A stretch of 64,000 nucleotides of DNA from the human T2T-CHM13v2.0 reference genome, Homo sapiens, in the NCBI RefSeq assembly GCF_009914755.1, contig NC_060926.1; one strand, written 5' to 3'. Made by a program: the position numbers and the translations under genes. Shown in pieces: positions 30,350 through 44,030 of the stretch (position 1 is its first letter; the number at the start of each line of letters is the position of its first letter). Below the pieces are notes generated by a model. The model was not told the origin of the DNA. It made no database searches and saw only the letters and a list, made by a program, of their open reading frames with translations.

Positions 30350-30644
30350 TTTTATTTTTTTTGAGACAGAATAATCACTCTGTCACCCAGCCTGGAGTGC
30401 AGTGGTACAATCTTTGCTCACTGCAACCCCGCTGCCCAGGTTCAAGTGATTCTTGTGCCTCAGCCTCCTGAGTAGCTAGGATTACAGGCACACACTACCA
30501 CACTCGGCTAATTTTTGTATTTTTAGTAGAGACAAGGTTTCACCATGTTGGCCAGGCTGGTCTCGAACTCCTGGCCTCAAGTGATCTGCCCACCTTGGCC
30601 TCCCAAAGTGCTGGGATTACTGGCATGAGCCACTGCACCCGGCC
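30350..30644 (-). mobile_element. AluSx-like
   Basis: Antisense dimer; TSD taatgtgatgg. Confidence 0.92.
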
Positions 30645-31111
30645 TAATGTGATGGTTTTTTTAATGTGATGGCTTCTTTAAAAAAAAAAGGGTTTGTTTT
30701 ATTCTGGTGGATTTTTTAAAATTTTAATTAAAATTGTTTACCTCTGCCATGTTTTACTTGTAAAATTTTGTTAGTGAAAATTAGACTAAAATAAATTTTC
30801 TGACCAATGACTAAAAATCATCATATTTCAACATGCTTTTCTATTTGAAACCAGAAGTAAGTCCTTGCATATTAAAGGATTTTAAGCTTAACCTGTTAAA
30901 AATATTGTTTGTGTGGAATAACTTTCTCTTTTGTCTACTTAATGTATGCCTACTCAAGCTAACAGCCCAAGTTATACTCATGCTAGATCTAGACAGTAAA
31001 CTGATGCTCAGGCATATGGCTCAACATTGATTTTTTTTGTTTTTATTGTTTTTAAATTTTCTAGTCCATTGTCATAATGCTTTTATTTTTGGTGTTGATT
31101 TTAATTTGTGA

Positions 31112-31468
<357 letters not shown>

Positions 31469-31668
31469 AATATATTTAATTTCTTAACATAACTATTTAT
31501 TAGTAGATTTTGGTGAAAAGAGACAACACAGTGGCAATATAATCTAATTCATTATATAATTTAATAACCTGAATTCAGGACACATTTGATTACCTCCTAT
31601 GTAAAAGGCAGTAAAGAAAGATAAAACTTCATGCTCAGGTAACAAATATTCTAGTAAAAAAAGGTAAT

Positions 31669-32135
31669 TATCTTGGTCCGTTTGCGTTGCTATAACAAAA
31701 TACCTTAGACTGGCTCATTGATAAAAAATAAAAATTTATTTCTCACAGTTCTGGAGTCTGGGAAATCCAAGATCAAGGTGCTGGCAGATTTGGTGTCTGG
31801 TGAGGGCTGCTTTCTGCTTCCAAGATGGTGCCTTATTGTTGCATCCTCTGGAGAAGGAGGTAAAGCCGTGTCCTCACATGGTAGAAGGAGAATAGAAAAG
31901 AAAAAGGCTCATTTTTCAGAGATAATGCAGTCTAGGTGTCCTCATATGGCAAAAGGCATGGGAGCAGGGAGGCAGCTCTATGATGCATTTTTTAAAAGGG
32001 CATTTATCTTATCCATGAAGGCAGAATTCTCATAGCCTAATGACCTGCGAAGCACCCCACCTCCTAATACCACCTCCTAGGGGGTTAGGTTCCATCATAT
32101 GAATTTTGGAGCAATACATACAAACAAATCACAGC
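31669..32135 (-). mobile_element. MaLR solo LTR (MLT1A/MST-like)
   Basis: ttgctataacaaaatacc...tttatttctcacagttctggag...ccaagatcaaggtgctggcagatttggtgtctggtgagggc. Confidence 0.85.
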
Positions 32136-32684
32136 AGCAATCATGTGTACAGGTAAAGTGAGAACTTAGCCTATACTAAGGGTTATTAAGAGCAGTACAA
32201 AAACTGCTACAAGTACAAAAATAAAGGGATATGTTTGTCCTTAGTAACCCAAGGAAAAGAGTGGAGTGAGATTGAAAGAGAAGACAAAGGAGAATGAGAA
32301 TAGAAATTAACTGAGATTTGCACTGTAAAAGAAGTGATAGGAACGAAAGCTTTCAATGTAGAGGCTGTCAGCAGAGAAGGCAGTTTTTGATTTGTCAATT
32401 AGGAAGTCATTAGACCTTTGTCAGAGAGGAGGTTCAGTAACACAGTGGAAGTGAAAGTAAGATTTAAGGGGAACTTGCAGTTAAAGGGGCAGACTAGCCA
32501 CTTTTACACTGCTCTTCTCTTTAAAGCCAAGAGAATATGAAAAAAAAAAAAGCTTTTTAGAAAACTGAGAAGAAAATTCTGTCTTTAATAAAAGTTAATA
32601 GCTATAATCTTAAACCACAAACTATTATATTAAGAATAGCTCTTGAATAAAATGAAGTTTCAGACCTACGAAGTCCAAGTGTGG

Positions 32685-33000
32685 GGCCAGACACAGTGGC
32701 TTATGCCTGTAATCCCAGCACTTCGGGAGGCCAAGGCAGGTGGAATGTTTGAGCCTAGGAGTTTGAGACTAGCCTGGGCAACATAGGGAGACTCCCATCT
32801 CTATAAAATAAAAATACAAAAATCAGACAGATGTAGTGGCATGCGCCTGTAGTCTCAGCTTCTCAGGAGGCTGAGGTGGGAGATTGCTTGAGCCTGGGAG
32901 GTCCAGGCTGCAGTGAGCCACTGAGCCATGATTGCACCACTGCACTCTAGCCTGGGCAGCAAAACCTGACCCTGTCACAAATAAATAAATATAAAAAAAG
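32685..33000 (+). mobile_element. AluJ-like
   Basis: Full dimer. Confidence 0.9.
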
Positions 33001-33097
33001 AAGCTAGGCATAGAGAGTGCACTCTTATCTTTTGTGAGCCAGGGAGTTCTCCCTGGACAGGAGGTATGGTCCCGTGGAATACAGTGAAGAATATCTT

Positions 33098-33388
33098 GGC
33101 TAGGTGTGGTGGCTCATGCCTGTAATCCCAACATTTTGGGAGGCTGAGGTGGGAGAATTGCTTGATCTCAGGAGTTTGAGACCAGCCTGGGCAAATTAGG
33201 GAGTCTACCAAAAAAAATTTTAAATTAGCTAGGTGCAGTGGCACATGCCTGTAGGGCTGAGGAGGGAGGATCACTTGAGCCTGGAACTTGGAGGTCGAGG
33301 CTACGGTGCACTGTGATGGTGCTACTGCCTTCCAGCCTGAGCAGCCAGAGTGAGACCCTGTCTCAAAAAATTAAAAAAAAAAAAAAAT
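33098..33388 (+). mobile_element. AluJ-like
   Basis: Dimer with small deletions, plus poly-A. Confidence 0.88.
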
Positions 33389-33809
33389 CTTACCCAGAGT
33401 AGTAATTTTGGAAAATTGGATAGACCAGGGAGCAATCCCTAAACTCCATTCCACTCTGAGTATTGGAAAGAGACATAAGACTGAAGGAGACAGTGTATAG
33501 AAAGTACATAGCCATTACTATAAAGCATTGCAGCAGGTTTGATAGGGAAGTAAAGATCAGCAGCCATTGGCTTCAAACATGATGATCAAGTTTAGCTAAG
33601 TCATCTTGCCACATGAAACCTACGTTACCTGGTGCTAAACTTGAGTCGTGTTGATTTCCTGCTTTAATAACAAAGAGAATTGGGCCATACCAGGCAGATA
33701 AATCCACACATACCTCCAGGATACCTCATACCTCCAGTCATACTTCTGATTTATAGAACATGTTACCTCCTTCAGAAGTAATTATCTTATTTCCTCTCTA
33801 TCTTATTGT

Positions 33810-33945
33810 ATTTTTAAAAATTTCTTGCAGAGATGGGGCCTCACTTTGTTGCCCAGGCTCATCTTGAGCTCCTGGCCTCAAGCAGTGTTCCTGCCTCAGC
33901 ATCCCAAAGCATTGAGATTACAGGCATGAGCCACCACACCCAGCC
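33810..33945 (-). mobile_element. FLAM/Alu left monomer
   Basis: Single antisense monomer. Confidence 0.8.
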
Positions 33946-34546
33946 GGAAACATTTTAAAAAGAGACAACAAACTGACTGGAGTACAAAGTAATATCTCAA
34001 AGTTAGGATTGAAACTCAAGTTGATTTCCTAAAAAGGGCAATCAAGAAAGAAAATATTCCTGCCTTCTGATCAGTGGTGAATGGGAAAAAAGAAAGAAAG
34101 AAAGAGACACAAAAAAGAATATTGCAAAGAAAAGAAGTAACTGCACTTAAGGAAAAACAGAGAGGCAAGTGAGAGAGTTTGGGGCAGTTCAATTTTAAGT
34201 TTGCTGAACTATAGCATCCATGGGGAAGAGACACTCAAAATGAGACTCTAGAACTAGGCACAGGCCCGGTGTGTCATATTAAAACTTCACCCTTTTCAGA
34301 TATCAATAAGAAAGGCTTTTAAGCCTGGGCAACATAGTGAGACCCCCATCTCTACAATGAAAAATAATCATAATATAGAAAAAAATGTATTTTATAAAAG
34401 GCCTTTACATAATATCTTAAGACATGATTTCATTTGCATTTTAGAAAAATTGATCTATGGATGACATAGAGTTTTGATTATAAGGTGAAATATAGAGACA
34501 GGGAATGAAGTTAAGAAACTGTCCAAAGGAAGTTGTAACATGATGA

Positions 34547-35868
<1,322 letters not shown>

Positions 35869-36558
35869 ATGACCAGTTAGACTGAGACATGCAGCAGGAG
35901 GGGGAATGCTATAGAAGGAAGGAGTAGACAGTCATTGGTCAAAGTGAAGACTCCATGTTTTCTGTTAAAAACCCAATAGAATTTATGATTCTGTGCTTTT
36001 TGTGAAAAGTCATGGATAAGAGGAAATTAGAAAGCAATTTCTTCTGCCTATGTCTTCTGGCTGATTATTTTTTTGTTCTATATTCGTGTCTTTTCATCAA
36101 TTAAAAATCTGGAGTATCCTGCTTAGCTACTCATTGGTGTCAGTAAAACATTAACCTACTATTGCATTCAGCCTATGTCAGTGCAGTGAGTCCAAAGATC
36201 CATTTTTCAAGCACAATAAAGATATAGGGGTCCTGTATGAGACGAATTGCTTTTGTTTTGTTTTGTTGTTAATAGAGATGGGGTCTCGCTCTGTTGTACA
36301 GGGTGAAACACAGTGGCAGAATCGATATAAATGTAAAGTGGTATGTAGATATATATTTAAGTATGTGCCTTAAAAAAAACTAAATAAAATGACACAAAAG
36401 ATATTGAAAAAGAGAAAATCAAAGAAAATATACAAGCAAAATATCAACGAAAACAGGTTTTCCTATATTAAGATAAAAATTAAATTCATAGGAAAAAGTA
36501 TAACATGAACAAATGGGAATATTTTATTGAGTAAAATGAAAATAAATAATAATAATTT

Positions 36559-36709
<151 letters not shown>

Positions 36710-37726
36710 AACTTGTATATTCACTATATATTCCAGTATTTTTTCCCAGTTTGTCATTTGTCTTTTGTCTTTATGCAGGAAGGTTAGGAATGAGGCAGGA
36801 TCATCAAACCTGGAAACTAGGGATCTCTGAAGCCACTGGAGAGCCTGAAGCATCCATGAGGCCAAGTAGCCTAGAGATGCCCATGAAGGGAATGCAGGGA
36901 GAGATCCTTCAGCTTTCACACAATGAGAAGCCTGCAGTTACAGTGAAGAAACAGTTTAACTTAGCATAACATTTATAAGTTGGAAGAAAACATTTCTAAC
37001 AAACAGAACTGATATTACTCAGGATATAAAATGTTCTACTACAAATAATGCGACAGGAATATGAACCAAAGTTATGATTACCTTTGTCTTAGCATTCAGC
37101 TAGAGGTTTTGAAATGCTTTGTTGCATCACAGCTGAGAACTACTAAGAGTCAATGATTCTGCTCCTTTTGGTGTGTTGCGGCAAAGAGGAGGTTGCAAAT
37201 TTCTGCTCCTGGGAAGTTTGATAGAAAACTGCAAGGCCACCTTTCCATGGTACAGACTCTTTGTCCTTGGGGCTATCCATATTGAATTGTTTTTCATATA
37301 CCATATAAAGACCATTTTTTAAATTAAAAGCAATAACAATTTCTTAAAATGAACGTTAAAATAACCAGGAAATAATTTGAATTATGAAATTAAACCAATG
37401 AGATAAAGTGAAAGAACAGAATGCCAGAAACTAAGAAGTTGAGCAAAAATAAAGAATAAATAGCATAATATAAGAAATAATAAAGCTAAAACTGTGCAAA
37501 AGAAAGCAATTTAAAATAATTAATACTGAAATCAGTAAAATAGAAATAAGCATAAAAGTGAGTTATGAAATAAACTAGGGAAAGAAATAAAAGGAATAAA
37601 AAAGAGTTAAAAAATGAATCAATATTAAAATAATAATAAAAAGAAAATATAAGAAACAAATTGGACAAAAGTGAAAGAGACAAGCAACTTCATTGGAAAA
37701 AAAAATGTTAAAAAAATAAGTTGAGG

Positions 37727-38030
37727 GGACCACACAGTGTCTCATACCTGTAATCCTGGCACTTTGGGTGGCCGAGGTGGGCAGATCGCTTGAGTTCAGG
37801 AGTTTGAGATTAGCCTGGGCAACGTGGTGAAAACCTGTCTCTACAAAAAATGCAAAAATTAGCCGGATGTGGTAGTGCGCACCAGTGGTTCCAGCTAGTT
37901 GGGGAGGTTCAGATGGGAGGATCACTCGAGCCCAGGAGGTGGAGGTTGCAATGAGCCATGATTACACCACTGCATTCTAGCCTGGGCAGCAGAATGAGTC
38001 CCTGTCTCAAAAAGAAAAAGAAAGAAAAAA
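37727..38030 (+). mobile_element. AluJ-like
   Basis: TSD aaaaaataagttgaggg. Confidence 0.9.
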
Positions 38031-38417
38031 AATAAGTTGAGGGTAAGGGGATACAGGGATCTCACTGTACTTTCTGCCCAATTTTGCTATGAACCTAAAA
38101 TTGCACAATGGAATAGAATAAAATCTATATAAAAGAATAAACATTTTTTAAATTAAAAATAAGCTGAAAAGGAAAATACAGTTCAACACCATGTAAAACA
38201 ACAAAATATGGTAAAACAATACAGCAGGGAAAAGCTGTAATTTATTTTAGACTGAATTAGTGTATCCTGAATAAAACGAATGATTACTGTTATGTAATTA
38301 TGAGTGATATTGCTCAAAACTATTGCACATATACTTGGTTGTTTACTTTGTATGTTTGCAGGATTATTTAAACTTTGTATAATCTTTTTACAAAACAATT
38401 TAAGTATAGAATCTTTC

Positions 38418-38857
<440 letters not shown>

Positions 38858-40311
38858 TTAGCATAATTTCAGAAAATGAACAGGAAAGCTCATCTTTTTG
38901 TATGATCTGGAATAGTTTGAATAACATGAGGTTCTCCTAATCTTTAATGCTGTGCTAGAATTCATATGCAAAACTTTTCAAACGTAATGTTGCCTTCTAT
39001 TTTTTTTTCTGTACTTCCTGGCAGTGGGGATGTTTCCTTTTATACAATAACTCTTTAAATGCATTTTTAATCTCCTCTAAAGGAATTGTTTTCTTCAAGT
39101 GTTTCTCTTATTTGGTCAGTTTTGAAAATTTGTATTTTGCTAACTAATTATATTTTTCCTCTAAATTACAAAAATATTTCTATAGAGGACACTATTTTCT
39201 TACATGAAGACAAGTTAAAATTTCAAATGCATTTGTCCTTTTCTGTTTCTTACTAGCTCTTATTCTTATCTAATACTCTGCATCTTCCTTGTCTAGATTC
39301 AGAGCCCCTCAGAAGCACTTTTCTTTGGCTTTTGGGGACATAATGCACCATTCTTCAGATCCTAGTCTAGTGAACTCTTTTCCCCTGCCTGCGATGTGGG
39401 GTTAAGACAATTTAGGAATTTGCTATATTTTGGTGTCTGTCATACTGTAAGCTATGAGAAGTTTCAAACGACTGGCAAAATGGTGGACCCATACTGGACA
39501 CTTCCAAAATGGGAAATTTTACACCGTTTATTAGTGACACTAGAAAATACTTTGCCAGACAAACATAGGAAAAAGGACAAATCCCAGAAGAGGATCTTGA
39601 AGTGACATCTCCAAACATCAGCTCTACACTATCCCTGTTGATAGTCATTTTTAATATTAAGAAAAAAAATTTTCTGTTGTAAGTTGTTATGGTAAAAGAG
39701 GGCATGTACATCGTACCTTGTACTATAGAAAGAAACCCTGGTATATGAAAGCTTTGTCTTTAAATGGAGATTTTGTAATGCCTGTTCCCGTTTTCCAGAG
39801 TCATCATGACATCAATGATGTTGTTATGTGGTCAATGATGTCAATATGACTCAAGTCACTTTGGGTTTTTCATGTTTTACAGGAAACTCAGAAATTCCTC
39901 ATGTAAACAATCAGACAATTGAGCAAATTGACCTGCAAACACATATAACAGAAAACTACTAAAGTTCTTCTGCTACCGCACATGATTTAGATTGCCTTCT
40001 ATACCTTTGTGAGTTTAACAGTGAGGGAAAAGTTCTGATCTAGGAAAAAGGGAATGGGTTATAGGAATTTTAGATTCTAAATAAATTTTAATCACCAACT
40101 GGCAAAATGTCATTTGCTTATAACGAGCCCTTGCATTTTCCTCTGAAAAACTGAAAATACAACATATAGAGAGGGTAGGAAAGTCCCCGCCCATTACTGA
40201 GAAATTTTTCTAATAACCAGACTATGTATCTCACAGGAAGGAAAAAGTAGATTGTCTAAACATAGCCTAGTGATTTATTAGCATATTAATTTGCTTTGCC
40301 TTCCCTGTTGT

Positions 40312-40543
40312 AGGAGGGAGAGGGAGAAGAAAGGAGAGTATGGGTGAGGAAATGAGAGTGCAGTGGAGGGAAGAGAGAAAAAGGGAAAAAGAAAAGGAGA
40401 GAGAGAGAGGAAGAGAAGGCAAGAGGAGGGCATTAGAGAAAGAGGAGAGAAGGCAAGAAGAGGGAAAGAGGAGGGGGCAGCAGGAAAGGAAGGAGAGGGG
40501 AAGGAAGGACAGATAAGGGGAGAGGGAAGAAGAGAGGAGAGAT
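40312..40543. repeat. GA-rich polypurine low-complexity tract
   Basis: About 230 bp consisting largely of A and G. Confidence 0.9.
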
Positions 40544-41710
40544 AATTTTGTGTGTGCTCTGTTTTTTATATTTTCCCCTACCCATATAGAGAAGATGCTG
40601 TAGGTTCCTTGGCAGAAATTGCTTAAGGCAAATCTCATGACTGGCATTTGAGAAAGTTTTTGTTATGTTATATTGGTTATCCCCAAGGGGAAGTTTGGAA
40701 AGAGTGATTGGGTGTGCAAGGCCCCAGGGATATGGTGAGGGGAAAGGAGAGGCAGGAGGGCAGAGAGAAGGAAGCTAATCTGCCCCTCCCATCTGGGAAC
40801 TTCCCAACACCCTGTGTAAAGAAGAAAGGAGAGTTCCAATAATGACTCAGAGTAAATTTTCCTCCTAAGAAGTCACATGTGAGCTCTGCGTTTTTATTTA
40901 ATTAAGAAAAATAGCGTATTGTGAAATTTTCTGTTTACCCAAGTTTGAGACTGCAGTTTTTTTTATTAGTTCTTTCCTAACTTGTCTCTGTCTTTAATCT
41001 CATTACTCATTTCACATACTGAGCACCCAGCATTAGAGTGTTATGATCAGCCTGGTAGTGCAGCCTTGGATTCTTACATAAAGAGTTTGCTGATCTGAAT
41101 TTAATTTAGTTAATGATCCAGCAAGCACCCATTTTAGTCTACTAAATGCTAGATACTGGCCTAACTATGGCGAAAATGCCCTGAAGAATAAGAATAAAGT
41201 TCATGGTTCAAGATTACCTTTTGAGAGGACAAAACTTTCCCATATTTCCAATAATCAATTTTTAGAAAATAAACTAGATCTTAATTAAAAAAAAACAAAT
41301 TAACCAATTCAGTAGATATTTATTTAGCTCCATACATAGGTAGAGCTCTGAGGAGGATAAAATTAGTCTTTTCCTCTCGGAAACATATCATTTTATAAGC
41401 AGGATGCCATACCTGGAAATTAATAGACAACTCGGAATTGTACAACAGCTTATTCTGGCAACACTTTTTTTCTTCCTGTTTCCAAAAGGAAGGAATGGTA
41501 TCTCACAGTGTTCTCTGTTTAACCTTGACTGCTGGCCCTGTAGCGGGTCTTGCTTTCACCCCTCCCCGCATGACTCGTTCTCTCATAATTCCCTTCTGTA
41601 TTTAGCGGCCTATGTTATTATACAAGTTTTGCTCCCCATTACATCCCTGGCATTTCACTTTGTGCTTGGTACAGAGAATATGCTTAATACTTTTCTTGAA
41701 TGAATGAAAG

Positions 41711-42384
41711 TGTCAACTGAAGAATGACAGGTTCATACATTTGGAAAGGAGAGCTTCATTTCACATAAAGGATTGCAGCCTGCAGGGTGATCATTCTGAC
41801 CTCTGAAAAGTATAGCCTCTAATCAGAAGCTGGAAACAGACATTTTGAGGGAGGAGCAAAGGAAACAGAAATTTATGTTGAGCAGGGTAGCTGAATATAT
41901 ATATTCAATAAGCTATAGGGGAAGCCATGAATATTTGTGAAAGGAGAAATGTGCACATGCACAATGGAGTTTCATGCTTCTCCATGGGATCCGTGTTCAA
42001 AAAATGACAGCATTAATACAATCTGAGGGGGCAGTTTTCAGCCCAATGTGAAGCAGAGGACATGAAAACCTTTACTGCACATTCTCCATAGACTAGCCAG
42101 AAACATTCCATGATCAGTATTTTCTTTTTGTTCCAAACCACAAAAGAGAGGGATAACACCAGGTGATGGTTGATGTCATTGGTGTAATCTTTTGAAATGA
42201 CTGGTTTCTTTTTAGCCATAGGGCAGAAAGCCTAATCATAGTTAGTGATGGAGCGGGTATGTGTTCCACTTCCTATCCTGTCATGGCCAAAAACTTAGTT
42301 TTCAAGTTTACTCTGGGATCCCCTTGGCCAAGAGCGTGTCCGTTCAGTTAATCTAGGGGCTTGGGATTTTATTTTTATTCCTCA
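41711..42384 (-). mobile_element. MER4-group ERV1 solo LTR (MER49-like)
   Basis: TG...CA ends; right end ccccttggccaagag..gtccgttcagtt..ggggcttgggattttattttta is the reverse complement of a MER4-group LTR start. Confidence 0.75.
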
Positions 42385-43819
42385 AATGTAACAAATTTAA
42401 AGAAAGAAAGAAATTTATAAAACATAAGAAATAGAAGTATAGCTTAGACCTCCAAGCAAGTTCTTTAAAGGTGACAAGTTAAACAGTAGTTTTTAAGATA
42501 ATATTTTGATGAAATTTTTAATCATATTATTACAAGATTTTAGAAGAAGCAAGATCTTGTGAAAACAAAACCTTAATGTCCATATCTAGCTCTCTAAATC
42601 TATAGTCAGTCTTTAAAAGAGTGACACAAAAATGACACAGATCCGCCCTCTGGTTCGCTCCCCATATATTAGAGCCTGGTAATCTTCCAAAGTTTTTACA
42701 GCATGAGGCATACACAGAATAGATGCAAAAAAAGTACACCTTCTGAAATTTCCTGAATGGATTCAAACTTTTACTATTCTAAGTTAATCAATTGGTAGTC
42801 TACTTACTTTATAGGATTATTGTAAGGATAGGATCAATGAAGTGAAATATATTTTATTTTCACTGGTCAATTACTCGTATTAAAGCAATTTCATGCACTT
42901 TATCTCCCTCTCTTGGAAACTGGAGAGTAGTACTTTTTGTCTGGTTACTTAAGATTAAAAAAAAGACAATATGTCACTTTTGACTTGAGTGTCATGGTAT
43001 CTATGGCCTTCAACCTGCATGGTTTTATCGTTTCAGTAATCTTGGGAGGAAGGTATTATTAAGTTCATTTGATAAATAGGAGACTGAGCCTCCACAAGGG
43101 TTAAGTGAATTGCTCAGGGTTATACAATGAACACTTGATAGAAATGATTAAATGACACTTTACTTGATTTGTTGTGGGTTACTAAATAAAGCATAGGTGT
43201 GCATAAGTCATTCAATTATTCAAGCACATTCTTCATCCCTAGTCCTAATATCGAAAGTCTTTGCTCTTAGTTTTTATAACTACAAGGATATTCATCAAAA
43301 GACCCAAGCTCAGGAATAAGCCTAAAGAGGTAGTCAGACTAGAACAAAAGACAATTCACAGACTTAAATGAATAATTTGCATTAATGAAGTTTGCCAGGC
43401 TAGTTTCCACTTGAATCTTCAGATCTTTCTTCCTTCATTGTCTTGTTAACTGTCCAGATTTATTACCTAGGAGTTTTTGAAAACTCACATATTAGGCAAT
43501 AGAGTGTATTCTGGAATTGAGAGCCTATTTTAAACTTTCGACTAAAAAGTTTACCCATTAAATGTCATAGATTCAACCATCAGACTGAAAATCCTCAGTG
43601 TATTTGAAGGAGGGTATTGTCTCAAAAATCCAGAGCTCAAAGTGAAGAAGAAAGGCAAAATTTGGAATTTAGCTCTAGGACAAACTCATCAGTTCAGGGG
43701 TCAGAGATTTATATAGTTAAAGGACAAGTGTGTGTTTACCTGAGTTTAAAGAGCAAAGTTGCCTCTGGAAAGAAGCCCTCACTGGAGGCTCTGGCATTTG
43801 AAATGGTGGGCAGGAGCAC

Positions 43820-43920
43820 ATGTTGCTTAAATTTCTGACAGTGGCTGGAGATTACCGATTGGTTAGGGGAGAGGAAGTAAAGTAAAATATTTATAAATTC
43901 TCCACTGGGTGGAGTCTGAG
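43820..43920 (+). promoter_or_regulatory. KYNU core/proximal promoter
   Basis: TATAAA 43892-43897; PU.1/ETS motif AGAGGAAGT 43870-43878; inverted CCAAT (ATTGG) 43858-43862; C/EBP-like TTGCTTAA 43823-43830; no CpG island. Confidence 0.75.
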
Positions 43921-44030
43921 CAGTTCTTTGAATTTCTCACCCTAAGATCTGGCCTGTACATTTTCAAGGAATTCTTGAGAGGTTCTTGGAGAGATTCTGG
44001 GAGCCAAACACTCCATTGGGATCCTAGCTG
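43920..44030 (+). other. KYNU: KYNU non-coding exon 1 (start approximate)
   Basis: Begins ~25 nt after TATAAA, has no ATG, ends at strong donor CTG|GTAAGC (44030/44031). Matches my recollection of the KYNU mRNA leader (...gggatcctagctg|ttttagagaac...). Confidence 0.85.

Noticed and set aside
30337-30675. Third copy of the Alu TSD taatgtgatgg
   Set aside because: Simple short tandem slippage beside a T-run.
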